Shown: positions 31,332 through 42,492 of the stretch, piece after piece
How positions within the stretch are numbered: position 1 is the first letter of the stretch
Layout of the letters: every line of letters starts with the position of its first letter
Origin: Ignavibacteriota bacterium
GTDB lineage: Bacteria; Bacteroidota; Ignavibacteria; UBA10030; CAVZMI01
Assembly: GCA_963776275.1 (NCBI GenBank)
Contig: CAVZMI010000008.1
Location: forward strand, 1 to 64,000
DNA: 64,000 bases
Direction of reading: 5' to 3'
Program-made: the position numbers and the translations under genes
The notes under the pieces: model-generated
The model's database searches: none
Seen by the model: only the letters and a program-made list of their open reading frames with translations
Told to the model about the DNA's origin: nothing

Positions 31332-33299
31332 TTAATCCATGAACTCCCACCAGACGCCCAGCCGGAAATTCCGGTTCTGCATCGGGTAGAATGGGACGAG
31401 GATATAATTCTCTTCCGTAAAATTTTCCCAGGCAAGGGTGATAATTGCAGATCCGATTTTTCCGATAATCATCGCATCCAGTGTCCTTGGGGAATAAACC
31501 GTGTATGAAGCCGTGGATGGAACGAATGTCAGAGAATATGCGTCTAGTATTCGTTTTGCGGTGCTAACGGAAAAATTGGCCCTAACTCCCATTTTTATGT
31601 CGAGACTCCCGACAAGATTCCCGAAGAAGAATAACCCGGCCCTCCCGTTATATGCAGGGATATTATCGGTAAAAACTGAAGATGTGCCGTTCGATGGAAC
31701 GATTATACCGTCAAGCTCGAATAAGAACTTCCATAGCCCTGTCGAAAATGACAGAGAAGCCGTTGTGATACTCTCGTCATCGGTACTTATGAGCTGAAAT
31801 GGTTGATTGGAATTTCCGGTTGTGAGAATTGGGAAATGGTGGAGGAAGCGTTTTTGGAATGATGCACTGATTCGGGTTCTATTCATTTGAAAGTTTAGAC
31901 CGAATTCCATCGTATGATGCTGAACCGGCGGAAGCGAAGGATTTCCAGCAATCAGGCTGTCGCTCCAGTACCATTCACCGGGCCAGGGAAGACGAGTTCC
32001 CATACCAATTCCGGCGGAGAGGGTGAGGTTTTGTGATAGATCGAAAGTGCCTGTCGCTCCGTACTCGATCGTGCCGTATGAAGGCTGGAGGTTCGTCATG
32101 TTCTGTTGATATGCACCGAATATTCCAAGTCGGATCCAATCGGTAAGCGTCAGCGTAGTGCGACCTGAGAGAAACGCAACCGTCTGTACTGCCGGTTGAG
32201 AAAAGAAACTCTGCCTGATCTGGAGACGTTCGAGCGATGCTTTTAATGCGAAGAACTGATTTGCTACGTGAATATCCTGACGAAGGGAGAGTCCATATCG
32301 GGCCGTCCGATGATCGGCCTGGATAAAAATGCCGTTGGGTTGCGGGCGATTTTCTTCGTCGCGGTACTCCCTGAGAAGCGTGCTGTAATACGCATTCACT
32401 ACCGTGAGATCGGTCGTATCATGGAGGAAACGGGCTCCGACTGTCAGCGCTAAATCGTGTCGGGTTTGTTTCTCGTAGGAATCTGTGTTCACCATGGTCG
32501 CTCGCCGCTCGTCATACAGCATTGATGGAGCTGTTTTTATAATATCGATGCCGCCGTTGAGTCCGAACTGTCCTTTGTAATACATGTGTGAGAGTTCCAT
32601 GGTGATATCGTCCGAGGCAGCCCAGCGGATTTTTTCGCGTGTGTTCCATGCATCGTAATCGCAGTTGGGGAACCGTCCGAGCGTTCCCTGATGCTGATAA
32701 CCGAGCATCACATTCCAGTTTTTGGCGACATTTTGTGTAAGGATACCGTCGCTGATGATATGGTCGAAAGATCCCTGAAGATAACGAATCTTAGAATAGG
32801 GCTGTTTCGTGTTGTACGATTTTGTGACTATGTTAATGACACCGCCGGCTCCGTTTAGTGCATACGCTGCGGCGTCAGGTCCGGTCTTGTATTCGATCCG
32901 ATCGATATATTCGGCGGAGATGTTGGAAAGATTTACCACTCCGAAAACAGGATCGTTGAGCGGACGGCCGTCGATGAGAACTGCTATCTCCTGCCAACCG
33001 AGGCCGTTGAGCGTGAGTTCACCAGGTTGTCCTGGACTGCCGAGATCGCGCAGATATGATTGCGGAATTGTCGAGAGAATCGATGTAGCGGTGATATAAT
33101 CCTGCCATAGGAACTGTCGAGGGCCGATTGTATTTGTGCTGTCGAGTGTCCGATCGATCGAACCAAGCAGTTGAAGCGGTCTATGAGTGATCGTGGTGTC
33201 CGGTACCTGCTGTGAAAGCGAGTCGGGCTGATCACTTTGTGAGAAAGAGGGGAGAACGAGCACGAAGGTGCAAAAAAGAACCGAAATAATACGTACCAC
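31332..33299 (-). CDS. TonB-dependent receptor / putative porin
   Basis: Signal peptide; plug motifs VLIDGRPL, IDRIE, GGVINIVTK; terminal WEFMD. Confidence 0.8.
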   Translation of the reverse strand: MVRIISVLFCTFVLVLPSFSQSDQPDSLSQQVPDTTITHRPLQLLGSIDRTLDSTNTIGPRQFLWQDYITATSILSTIPQSYLRDLGSPGQPGELTLNGLGWQEIAVLIDGRPLNDPVFGVVNLSNISAEYIDRIEYKTGPDAAAYALNGAGGVINIVTKSYNTKQPYSKIRYLQGSFDHIISDGILTQNVAKNWNVMLGYQHQGTLGRFPNCDYDAWNTREKIRWAASDDITMELSHMYYKGQFGLNGGIDIIKTAPSMLYDERRATMVNTDSYEKQTRHDLALTVGARFLHDTTDLTVVNAYYSTLLREYRDEENRPQPNGIFIQADHRTARYGLSLRQDIHVANQFFALKASLERLQIRQSFFSQPAVQTVAFLSGRTTLTLTDWIRLGIFGAYQQNMTNLQPSYGTIEYGATGTFDLSQNLTLSAGIGMGTRLPWPGEWYWSDSLIAGNPSLPPVQHHTMEFGLNFQMNRTRISASFQKRFLHHFPILTTGNSNQPFQLISTDDESITTASLSFSTGLWKFLFELDGIIVPSNGTSSVFTDNIPAYNGRAGLFFFGNLVGSLDIKMGVRANFSVSTAKRILDAYSLTFVPSTASYTVYSPRTLDAMIIGKIGSAIITLAWENFTEENYILVPFYPMQNRNFRLGVWWEFMD

Positions 33300-33442
33300 G
33301 ATGCCCCAACAATGATGAGTGGAAATATAGAATATATAAAATATAGGAAAGGGGTTTTCGAGAATCAAGGCGGCTTTCTTAAATCTTGTACAGGCCGGAG
33401 GGGATTAGGGCGTCCTAAAACTCTTGTGTTTTCTTTCTTTTA

Positions 33443-34075
33443 TTAACGTAACATCACCATCTTCTTCACAGAGTTCCATTTCGGCGTCGATATTCGATAG
33501 AAATAGACCCCCGAAGAAACCGCTGTACCGATTTCATTTCTGCCGTCCCAGGTTAATTCAATGTATCCCGCAGGATATTCGTCATCCGTGAGAGTCCGCA
33601 CTTCGCGGCCGAGTGCATCGTAAATAACAAGTTTAACCTTCGATGTCATCGGTAACTCAAATGCGATCTTTGTTGTAGGGTTGAATGGATTGGGGAAATT
33701 GTCGTATAGGTGAAATTCCTTCGGTGGACTGATTGTGAATGATATTTCCTTCATCCATGATTGTCCATCAGATGTTTTTATCAACGCTTTGATTTTTTGC
33801 TCTTTCCCGATTGGTGCAGACCGTTCAACTGAAAACAGAAACTCAGCGTCTTTTGATTGCTTTGATAGGATATCTTTGAGCATGATTTTAGATGATTCAA
33901 GCTTCAGCCATGACTGCGGACTCTGGATCTCGACGGTAACATTCTTTGCAGCAACCGTCGCAGTGTTTTCAACGGTCAGTGCGAGCGAGTTGCCTTTTGA
34001 ATTATATGGGATTTCGTATCCTTGGGCTAAAAGTATCCAAGGTGCCAAAGCGATGAAAAGAAAGAGCTTTCTCAT
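33443..34075 (-). CDS. Small secreted Ig-like protein with T9SS C-terminal/FlgD-like domain
   Basis: Signal peptide; NFPNPFNP..WDGRN..SGVYFYR. Confidence 0.85.
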   Translation of the reverse strand: MRKLFLFIALAPWILLAQGYEIPYNSKGNSLALTVENTATVAAKNVTVEIQSPQSWLKLESSKIMLKDILSKQSKDAEFLFSVERSAPIGKEQKIKALIKTSDGQSWMKEISFTISPPKEFHLYDNFPNPFNPTTKIAFELPMTSKVKLVIYDALGREVRTLTDDEYPAGYIELTWDGRNEIGTAVSSGVYFYRISTPKWNSVKKMVMLR

Positions 34076-34099
34076 AACTCTTTTTCCTTTTTACTTTTT

Positions 34100-34341
34100 A
34101 CCCCTCGACATGCTCGGGGTCTTGTTCCATATGCCGCCCCTCCGGGGCTCGGATATTTTGGGGAAATGACTTCTCTCTACCAATATGCCGTCCCTACGGG
34201 ACTCTCCGCCTTAAGAATTACAAATTCCTGTCAACCTCAATAAGAAAAAAGGAACGCGTCATCCTGATGACAATCAGGATCTAGTAAAAATCCTTTCCCC
34301 TTTTTTCCTTTTTAATTCTCGTCCTGAGCTTGTCGAAGGAT
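34100..34341. repeat. Cluster of REP-like hairpins
   Basis: ACCCCTCGACATGCTCGGGGT; ATATGCCGCCCCTCCGGGGC / ATATGCCGTCCCTACGGGAC; ATCCTGATGACAATCAGGAT; TCCTGAGCTTGTCGAAGGA. Confidence 0.8.
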
Positions 34342-34368
34342 TTACTTTTTCCTTCTATAATGATATCC

Positions 34369-37011
34369 CTACGGCTGTAAGACAAACTCCACCACATTAT
34401 TTGTCGATAAGTTCTGTGCCTTGTCCTGTTGAACTGTTCCAGACTTCACCCTGAATGTTAAATTCACCGGTAGTAACTCTTTCGTCACCTCACCGTTTAC
34501 TGTATTTCCGATCTGCCTCCATGCACCTGAATAATAACTCGCCTGTGCATTATCAACCGGCTGGTTCTGTGAATTCTTCACTCTCACCGTACATAAAACT
34601 GTTGAGAAGCTTACGGCATTATTTGTTGAAATATCCTGTGACTTATCCATGGATATATATTCATGAGTCATTCTGAATGAATAATTATTGGGCAACAGCT
34701 CTTTTATTGCTGTACCGTTCGTTGTATTCCCGAAGTCTCTCCATGCTCCTGAGTAGTATTGTATAGTTCCCTGATCTATCAGACTGCCCTGACTGTTCTG
34801 CAATTGTACTGTTGCATTGACGGTTTGGAAGACTACTATATTATTTGTTCCTATATCTTGTTGTTTATCCTTGCTCGCATATGCATACGTCATTCTGAAT
34901 GAATAATTATTTGGCAACAGCTCTTTTGTTGTTACACCGTTTGCAGTAGTTCCAAAATTTCTCCAGGCGCCTGAGTAATACTGGACTGTTCCTTGATCCG
35001 TCAAACTGCCCTGGCTGTTCTTCAATTGAACTGCAGCGTTAACAGTTTGGAAAATTACCGTTGGATTTGTTCCGATATCTTGTTGTTTATCCTTACTTGC
35101 ATAAGCATAGCTCATTCTGAATGAATAGGTATTCGGCAGAAGCTCTTTAACTGCAATTCCATTTGTCGTTGTTCCTAAGCTTCTCCATGCACCAGCATAA
35201 TATTGTACTGTGCCTGTGTCTATCAATGCACCGTTGCTGTTTTGCAGTTGAATTTGCGCATTGACGGTTTGAAATACTATAGTATCAGTTCCTACCGGCA
35301 CATTTGATTTTGTTTGAGTGCCGTTCTCGTATGTCATACGTAGACTTAAGGTTTTTTGATTTGTAGTTATGGTAAATGTGCCGTCGTTGTTATTGACGGC
35401 GTCTTTCCAGTTGCCTTCGTAGTATTGAAGGGTGCCGCTCGTGAGCCTCGCACCACTACTGTTGACAAGTTTTACAACGCATCCTGTTACTTGCGGCTGC
35501 GGCTTGATGTAGAAGCGGACGCCGTTTGACTCTCCGCCATCAGGATTTTTTATTGTAACAAACGGAGAATCTACAACTGCAATATCACCCGCCAGAATGC
35601 TGCTTTGTAGAATTGTATCGGCAATAAAAGTAGTTGTCTTCGGTTGATTGTTCCAATATACTATTGAACCACTGACAAAATTCTTGCCGGTGACTGTAAG
35701 TGTAAATGGATTACTGTTGGCTATTATATTTGCTGGAGCGATATTGATAATAATCGGATCAGGTGGTATTTGCGGTAATCGATCTAAGATATAATGTGCA
35801 TCATAATGTAAAAACTTCCATCCATCCTTAGTCACAAATTTATTATTAGGTTGAGTAGAATCACCATTTTCCTGATCGATATGGGTTTGAAAGATTTGGA
35901 TGTAACGCGCACATACGATTTGATTTCCAGCATTCAGAAAATTCCTGGCATTTGTGATGTAAGACAAGAGCTCGGTAACAAAATTTTGATGGCCAAGCCA
36001 ATTGAACATCTGGCATTGTAAAGTATGTGAAAAAAGAGTATCTAGTAAAACATTGATTGGCGTATTGATTGATGGTGCATCTGGGATGAAGGTATAGAGT
36101 AAATATTCTGCTTCATTTTTTTTCATTTCATTCTGTTGGGTATTCGCATAGGATGAAACGAATTGATAATTAACCGGGGAGCCATAATTCTTTAGCAAGG
36201 ATTTTAAATAATCGTCGTGATGCCATAGCTCACGACTTGAACTAAGTTTTAATTTAAGAGCAGATTCAAAAGGCGTATACTGTAAGGAAGATATATGCAT
36301 AGCAAGAACTGCGTTTGTACCTGATGAGTCATCAGTAGCCGTAAAATTATCAGTCAATTCAAGCAGTGCATCTTGTCCGAAAGAGTACCATATAACACTC
36401 GATACATATCCCCTAAAATACGAACTAGAATACATTACTTTTAGCAATTCCTGTTTCATCAACTCACGATGAGTTGGCATTGCTTTTCCCAACATTCCAG
36501 CCATATCTATATCATAATAAGAACTCAGACCTCCTTTGTCTTTAATATACTGAATATATAGATCTGCAAAGTTAAAATTCCCTAGCTTGAATAAATAGTA
36601 AATGGCAAGGTTACGTATTCCTTGCGGATTCGAGAAATAACATTCATCTTTTCGAGGAGCTCCGGCAATGATAGCTCCAGCAGTATCAACAATTGTTATT
36701 GCCACAGATTCAAGATTAGGATCCTGTAAACTATCCAAAACACGCAACATATGATCTACTAAAAAGTCATCACCCCACCATATTTTTGATTCGATAATTG
36801 GTATGGCTTCACGGATTTTATACTCACCTACCTTTACAAGTGCAATTGATACATTTAACCATGGTTTACCATCAAGCATTTTTAAGAAGCCATTAAACTG
36901 TAGGGTCTGCAGAACCTGCTGTTTTTCTGCTTCGGGCAAGGATTGAGCCATTAAAAAGCCGCTTAAAATGCAAAACATAAAGAAAATATTTCTCGCTCGT
37001 TTCATATACAT
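34369..37011 (-). CDS. Secreted multidomain protein: helical N-terminus, IPT/TIG domain, five ~75-aa beta repeats
   Basis: Signal peptide; LTVTGKNFVSGS; repeated QYYSGAWR.FG.T.NG...KELLP..YSFRM. Confidence 0.8.
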   Translation of the reverse strand: MYMKRARNIFFMFCILSGFLMAQSLPEAEKQQVLQTLQFNGFLKMLDGKPWLNVSIALVKVGEYKIREAIPIIESKIWWGDDFLVDHMLRVLDSLQDPNLESVAITIVDTAGAIIAGAPRKDECYFSNPQGIRNLAIYYLFKLGNFNFADLYIQYIKDKGGLSSYYDIDMAGMLGKAMPTHRELMKQELLKVMYSSSYFRGYVSSVIWYSFGQDALLELTDNFTATDDSSGTNAVLAMHISSLQYTPFESALKLKLSSSRELWHHDDYLKSLLKNYGSPVNYQFVSSYANTQQNEMKKNEAEYLLYTFIPDAPSINTPINVLLDTLFSHTLQCQMFNWLGHQNFVTELLSYITNARNFLNAGNQIVCARYIQIFQTHIDQENGDSTQPNNKFVTKDGWKFLHYDAHYILDRLPQIPPDPIIINIAPANIIANSNPFTLTVTGKNFVSGSIVYWNNQPKTTTFIADTILQSSILAGDIAVVDSPFVTIKNPDGGESNGVRFYIKPQPQVTGCVVKLVNSSGARLTSGTLQYYEGNWKDAVNNNDGTFTITTNQKTLSLRMTYENGTQTKSNVPVGTDTIVFQTVNAQIQLQNSNGALIDTGTVQYYAGAWRSLGTTTNGIAVKELLPNTYSFRMSYAYASKDKQQDIGTNPTVIFQTVNAAVQLKNSQGSLTDQGTVQYYSGAWRNFGTTANGVTTKELLPNNYSFRMTYAYASKDKQQDIGTNNIVVFQTVNATVQLQNSQGSLIDQGTIQYYSGAWRDFGNTTNGTAIKELLPNNYSFRMTHEYISMDKSQDISTNNAVSFSTVLCTVRVKNSQNQPVDNAQASYYSGAWRQIGNTVNGEVTKELLPVNLTFRVKSGTVQQDKAQNLSTNNVVEFVLQP

Positions 37012-37017
37012 TTCCTT

Positions 37018-39216
37018 CTAATAAGATCCGGCGCAATCGACGGGGTTTACGCCGAGTCGAGTTTGATATTTTTCTATTATCGATTTGACTCTTGAGTCTT
37101 TTTGAGTATTCAGTTCATAATCGGAATTAGCAACTTTTTCTGCACAGTTTTTATTAGCTTCATCTAATATTGAAAACATGAGAAGTGGAATTATATTATC
37201 TTTAAAATATTTAATGGCCTCAGTTGAATTTTTACATCTATCCCTTTTAACTCTAAGATCGGAAATAAATTTATTGTCATTAAATAACGAATCTATTGCT
37301 TTATCAACTGCCTTTTTATAGTTGGACATATGCACTTCTTCATGAGCTTGCAACATTTCTCGAATTACATATCCTCCAGTACGGTACGGTACCGGATATG
37401 TATCTTTTGTTATTGAAAAATCATGAAGAGCCTTACACTTTTCACCTTTTGACCAATTAATGAAGGTCGCATCTGGTTCTATAACATTTAACTGAAGTGC
37501 AGCAATATTATTAGGACAAAAATCCAATATAGCATATAATGTCAATGGCGACATATGTAAAATCCAACTTTTTGTTTCTTCATTGCAGCAGACAGATATG
37601 ATACTCTCATCACATTGAAACACAATATTAGATTTATCCGCATTAAACGTCCGAAAACTTGCCAAGTCGTTTGGGTTTGATGAACAATCAATATATTCTC
37701 CCTCAACTTCTCCACTCTTTTTCGGTTGAACAGTAACTACTGGCGATGAAGGTTTAGATGAAGTACATTCTGTGCCGGGAGGGCATTTATCCTCCACCTC
37801 CACCTCTCCCGTGGTAAACGATTCATATTGAAAAGTCTCAGCATTACACCCTCCCTCTGATGCTGACTTTGCCGATTCACTCTTACCTCTTAACGATAAA
37901 TTAGGTCTTATCGGCATCCGCTGTCGATAATTATTCTCTCCTGTGTTCATCAATCGATTTAATACCGGTATCTTTTCCGGTCTATTCACTGCCGGCATGA
38001 TTTTACCGATACTGCCGCCGCCTTCGAATATTCCAACACGAATCGCTACTACTGCATCAGTCGTATCTATCGTTGAATCTGCCACGAACTGGAATGGCGG
38101 CACTACATCACAAAAATAATTTCCCTCCCCCGCGCTCGTAACCAACTTCCCATAATTACATCCCCCGATAATTCCGATCTCGCATGACTGCGATTCAGGA
38201 AGATCATTAATTACACCGTTCACACGTCTTTTCAAGATAATATTGGATGTCCCGCCGGGTGAGATCTTCGGTGGATCGAAAGTGACAAACAATGTATCCC
38301 TGGGTACAATGAATATACTATCCCGTTTGGTAATCCCATTCACTGTCACTCGGATCACCACCATATTTACTGAATCTCCCTGGGCGCCGGGCACTGCTTC
38401 AAGACAGAGATATTTCAAACTGTCAGATGTAAAGTCCGTCACCGTTGTTCCATAGACGGTATCTTTATCGAAATTATATAATTGTGCATACTCACTTCCC
38501 GATTCAATCTCATATGTCACCTTATCGACAAAAGCACACCACGTTGGAATGACCTCATCACAACGCTCAACAATACTTCCCGTAACATTAATGTATTGTT
38601 TTGTATTTGATTGCATAGTGTCTAATTCTTTTGAAAGTTCTATATCCGCACGATTAAAGATAGGAAGATAAATTGGTTTCCACTGAGTCAAATAATAATA
38701 CGGATCCGGTAAAACCACAGTCACACTATCAATAGAATCTTTAAATGCCAATCTCCCATCAACATACACAGAGAAATGCTCTTGAGCGTATGTCGTGTAT
38801 TCATCAAAAGCCAAAAATGGTGAAAATAAAAATCCACCATGGCCAATCATGTCGACTTCAGAGAAACCGGGAATATAATCGGGGTCAGGCGAACCATTGG
38901 GTGACCAATGGATCCACTTCACGCATCCATATTCACACGTCAACCAGTCTTCCGGATTTCCACCGGGATATATAGGTTGACTCCATAAATAATCTATTCC
39001 CCATAGTCGTGTTGGCGTCCACGTAAGTATAACGTTGATGTTATGATCTCCGACAGAAGTTATATGTGCATCTGACGGGTGGATTGAAACTCGCTCTCTT
39101 ATCTTCACCTGGCTAATAGCAGGGGGAACGATCAAGCTTATAAGGCTCACAACGATAACGCTAAATTGAAGATATCTAAAAAACCTGCGGTGAGATGATG
39201 AAATATGGATTGCCAT
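37018..39216 (-). CDS. Secreted Cys-rich protein with C-terminal HExxH motif
   Basis: Signal peptide; AHEEVHM near the C-terminus. Confidence 0.7.
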   Translation of the reverse strand: MAIHISSSHRRFFRYLQFSVIVVSLISLIVPPAISQVKIRERVSIHPSDAHITSVGDHNINVILTWTPTRLWGIDYLWSQPIYPGGNPEDWLTCEYGCVKWIHWSPNGSPDPDYIPGFSEVDMIGHGGFLFSPFLAFDEYTTYAQEHFSVYVDGRLAFKDSIDSVTVVLPDPYYYLTQWKPIYLPIFNRADIELSKELDTMQSNTKQYINVTGSIVERCDEVIPTWCAFVDKVTYEIESGSEYAQLYNFDKDTVYGTTVTDFTSDSLKYLCLEAVPGAQGDSVNMVVIRVTVNGITKRDSIFIVPRDTLFVTFDPPKISPGGTSNIILKRRVNGVINDLPESQSCEIGIIGGCNYGKLVTSAGEGNYFCDVVPPFQFVADSTIDTTDAVVAIRVGIFEGGGSIGKIMPAVNRPEKIPVLNRLMNTGENNYRQRMPIRPNLSLRGKSESAKSASEGGCNAETFQYESFTTGEVEVEDKCPPGTECTSSKPSSPVVTVQPKKSGEVEGEYIDCSSNPNDLASFRTFNADKSNIVFQCDESIISVCCNEETKSWILHMSPLTLYAILDFCPNNIAALQLNVIEPDATFINWSKGEKCKALHDFSITKDTYPVPYRTGGYVIREMLQAHEEVHMSNYKKAVDKAIDSLFNDNKFISDLRVKRDRCKNSTEAIKYFKDNIIPLLMFSILDEANKNCAEKVANSDYELNTQKDSRVKSIIEKYQTRLGVNPVDCAGSY

Positions 39217-39408
39217 TGCTTGAACCTCTTTAATTTTTTTTATTACCCCCTTTTATATTATTACCGCAACTAAATATCGATTTGTGACAAAATATTGCTC
39301 GAGTAGATAAGGGATGCCTGTTTATACTCTTGATAGTAACTTAATACTCAACCATTGAAAAGTCAATAGTTTTTAGAGAATATTTACGATGCGGGTTGAA
39401 TTCAGGAG

Positions 39409-40290
39409 TTAGAATGCCGGTCTCAATCCCTCAAAGTCCGGAATGAAATTAGGAGGCGAAAGGAACACCTGATAATCCGCGAGAAGCGCATCGGCGGTAT
39501 CCTCGGCATCGATCTGAGATTCAAAAAGTCCGAAGACCGAAGAACCGCTTCCCGATAGAAGGGCAAATCCTGCACCGCCGCGATACAGGACGTTTTTCAC
39601 GTCCGCAATTTCAGGGTATTCGGCATATACGATTTCTTCGAAATCGTTCTGCATTTCCGCTTTCCACAGAGAAAGATCATATTGGTGCTGTTCGACAAGT
39701 TCCCGCAGGTTTTTTCGTTCTTCCATTCGAAGTTGAAAATTTTTATAGGCCCATGCAGTCGAAACCTGAATATTAGGATAGACAACGACAACCCAGTAGG
39801 GGAGTGCATAATCAAAATATTCCAGTGTGTATCCCCGTCCGGTGGCGATTGCCGCTGTAGGACGGAGAAAATATGTGACATCCGCACCGATACTGGAAGC
39901 CAGACGGGTAAGCTCATCGTCAGGGACATCCGCCTGCCAGAATTCCCGCAGCGCAAGGAGTACAGCCGCTGCGTCGCTGCTTCCTCCGCCAAGTCCGCCT
40001 CCGACAGGAATATTTTTATTGATTGTAATGTGAAGTCCGTCGCGGTATTTGAGATGTGCGCGAAGGCTGTTTGTTGCGCGTGCACAAAGATTTGTCGAGT
40101 CTGTGGGAACGTCAGGATGATCACAGGATATGACGACGTCGTTTTTATACGGTCTCAATTCGATTTCATCGAAAATATCCACAGGATAGAAGAGGGTTTC
40201 GAGATCGTGGTATCCGTCATCCCGTTCACCGAGGATGTGGAGCCCGAGATTTATTTTCGCGTAAGCACGGATTGTAAGATGATCGATCAT
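39409..40290 (-). CDS. ispE: 4-diphosphocytidyl-2-C-methyl-D-erythritol kinase
   Basis: AKINLGL, KNIPVGGGLGGGSSDAA, LSGSGS. Confidence 0.97.
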   Translation of the reverse strand: MIDHLTIRAYAKINLGLHILGERDDGYHDLETLFYPVDIFDEIELRPYKNDVVISCDHPDVPTDSTNLCARATNSLRAHLKYRDGLHITINKNIPVGGGLGGGSSDAAAVLLALREFWQADVPDDELTRLASSIGADVTYFLRPTAAIATGRGYTLEYFDYALPYWVVVVYPNIQVSTAWAYKNFQLRMEERKNLRELVEQHQYDLSLWKAEMQNDFEEIVYAEYPEIADVKNVLYRGGAGFALLSGSGSSVFGLFESQIDAEDTADALLADYQVFLSPPNFIPDFEGLRPAF

Positions 40291-40317
40291 TCAATGTCTG
40301 TGAATGGATGGAAGAGC

Positions 40318-41442
40318 TTACATTTGTACTGCATTGAGGCCTCGTTTCTGCAATACTTTCACGGCAAAAGCCGCAATGGAAGCCGAATCGAAAGACAGGC
40401 GGAATGTCCCTCCCGTGCCTTCCCGGATCTTCAACAATTCGATGTCTTTGATGTTAATACGATTCTTTGCCAGAGTGCCTGTCATTTTCTTCAGCGAACC
40501 GGGTTCGTCCTTGATCTGAACGAATATGTCGTGCAGAGGGGCGAGAAAACCTTTTGTGTTTTTCGGAATTGCATCCCGGAGCTCTTTAGCACGTTGAAAT
40601 TCTTTCTTGAGTCCGGTCTTTCTTGCTGTAATTCTGTTCGGATATTTACCTATATGACGGATCAGCAGCCGAAGCACTTTTCGTATCTCGCTCTTGTTAT
40701 AACGTAAAATGTCATTCCAGATTTCATAGGGACTGGAAGCAATACGCGTAATATCACGGAAACCTCCGGCTGCAAGTTGAAGTGCCGGATGACGATTGCT
40801 GTCGGCCGCTCCGACGATATTCATCATTGCTACCGCGAGGAGCTGAGGAACATGACTCACAGCCGCGGCGATTCGGTCATGGGTTTTCGGATCGAGGAAT
40901 AACAGCCGTGCGCCTGTCGATTCGAGTAGGCGGATAAACCGGGAGTTTCGTGGGATTTTATTCCTTCGCGCCGGACAGAGAATATAGACGGCATTCTGGA
41001 ACAACAGCGGGTCGGCCGCCAGAATCCCGCGGTTTTCAGTACCGGCCATCGGATGTCCCCCGATGAATGTCACGCTTGAAGGAAGGTACCGTTGTGCATC
41101 CTGAACGATTATTTGTTTGACACTCCCCACATCAGTAACGATCGCACCCCGTTTGAGAAAGGGGCCGATTGTTTTCAGAGTTGTCCGTATTGCTTCGATG
41201 GGCATTCCAAGGATAACGCAATCGGCATCGGCAACTGCCGTTTCAAGATCGAATGCGGCAAAATCTATCGCACCACGCCTCAGCGCCCTGCGAAGCGTTT
41301 TGCGACTGGCATAGCCTGTGATTTCGACGGTGTCCTGCGCCGACTTGAATGCAAGTCCCAGGGAGCCGCCAATCAACCCGACACCGAGAATTGAGATCCG
41401 ATACGGTGAAGAAGTGTTTTTAATATGTGATTTCATCGACAC
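40318..41442 (-). CDS. tyrA: Prephenate dehydrogenase with ACT domain
   Basis: GVGLIGGS, DVGSVK, GGHPMAG, SHVPQ, GFRDITRIA. Confidence 0.95.
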   Translation of the reverse strand: MSMKSHIKNTSSPYRISILGVGLIGGSLGLAFKSAQDTVEITGYASRKTLRRALRRGAIDFAAFDLETAVADADCVILGMPIEAIRTTLKTIGPFLKRGAIVTDVGSVKQIIVQDAQRYLPSSVTFIGGHPMAGTENRGILAADPLLFQNAVYILCPARRNKIPRNSRFIRLLESTGARLLFLDPKTHDRIAAAVSHVPQLLAVAMMNIVGAADSNRHPALQLAAGGFRDITRIASSPYEIWNDILRYNKSEIRKVLRLLIRHIGKYPNRITARKTGLKKEFQRAKELRDAIPKNTKGFLAPLHDIFVQIKDEPGSLKKMTGTLAKNRINIKDIELLKIREGTGGTFRLSFDSASIAAFAVKVLQKRGLNAVQM

Positions 41443-41451
41443 ACATCGATT

Positions 41452-42468
41452 CTAGGAGATTGAACGGCCGATTGCATTGGCGATGATCCTGATTTCTTTC
41501 ATCAGCTGTGTAAATTGATCGGGTTCGAGCGATTGCGGACCATCCGATTTAGCATGGGTAGGATCATGGTGCACCTCGATGATCAGGCCGTCCGCACCTG
41601 CCGCAACCGCTGCACGTGCCATCGGAATGACTTTATCCCGCAGACCGGTGCCATGAGATGGATCGGCGATGATCGGCAGATGACTTTTTTTATGGATTAC
41701 GGGAATAGCGCTTATGTCCATCGTGTTGCGCGTTGCGGTTTCAAACGTCCGTATTCCCCGCTCGCAGAGAATGATCTGATGGTTTCCGCCCGAGAGAATA
41801 TATTCGGCGGACATCAGCCATTCTTCTATGGTCGCTGAAAGCCCGCGTTTCAGCATGACCGGTTTCGATGCCTTCCCCAGAGCCTTCAGGAAGGTGAAAT
41901 TCTGCATGTTTCGTGCTCCAATTTGAAGGATATCGGCATATTTTTCTACAAGACGAATCTGACTTCGATCCATCACCTCCGTGATGACGAGCAATCCATT
42001 TTTATCTGCGGCCTGTCTCATCAGCCGGAGGCCGTCTTCACCGAGTCCCTGGAAAGCATAGGGGGACGTCCGCGGTTTAAATGCGCCGCCGCGCAATACA
42101 CGTGCACCCTGTTGCGCCACATGTTTTGCTATGGTAAAGATTTGCTCCTCCGATTCTATAGCGCAGGGACCGGCCATCACGACGACTTCAGGTTCACCGA
42201 TGGTTATGTCCTTGATCTTGTACACCGAGTCTTCGCGTTTGAACGAGCGGCTCGCAAGTTTAAACGGCTCGGTAATTCGATAGACCTCGACGACACCCGG
42301 AAGTATCTGCACGTGTCGGGTATCGAAATCAGGCTGGACGCCGATTGCACCGAGAACGGTCTGGTTCACGCCTGTCGATCGGTGAACATCGAATCCCATA
42401 TCCTGCAGCGTTTTGATGATTCTTTCGATATCCGCTTCGGTTGCATTTTTTTCGACAACGACTACCAT
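41452..42468 (-). CDS. aroF: DAHP synthase type I-beta with N-terminal regulatory domain
   Basis: [27 protein letters not shown]. Confidence 0.96.
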   Translation of the reverse strand: MVVVVEKNATEADIERIIKTLQDMGFDVHRSTGVNQTVLGAIGVQPDFDTRHVQILPGVVEVYRITEPFKLASRSFKREDSVYKIKDITIGEPEVVVMAGPCAIESEEQIFTIAKHVAQQGARVLRGGAFKPRTSPYAFQGLGEDGLRLMRQAADKNGLLVITEVMDRSQIRLVEKYADILQIGARNMQNFTFLKALGKASKPVMLKRGLSATIEEWLMSAEYILSGGNHQIILCERGIRTFETATRNTMDISAIPVIHKKSHLPIIADPSHGTGLRDKVIPMARAAVAAGADGLIIEVHHDPTHAKSDGPQSLEPDQFTQLMKEIRIIANAIGRSIS

Positions 42469-42492
42469 AATGTGGTTCCTTCCTTCGAAGTA

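Noticed and set aside
39682-40707. 341-aa plus-strand ORF
   Set aside because: Antisense shadow of ispE/tyrA with no recognisable motifs
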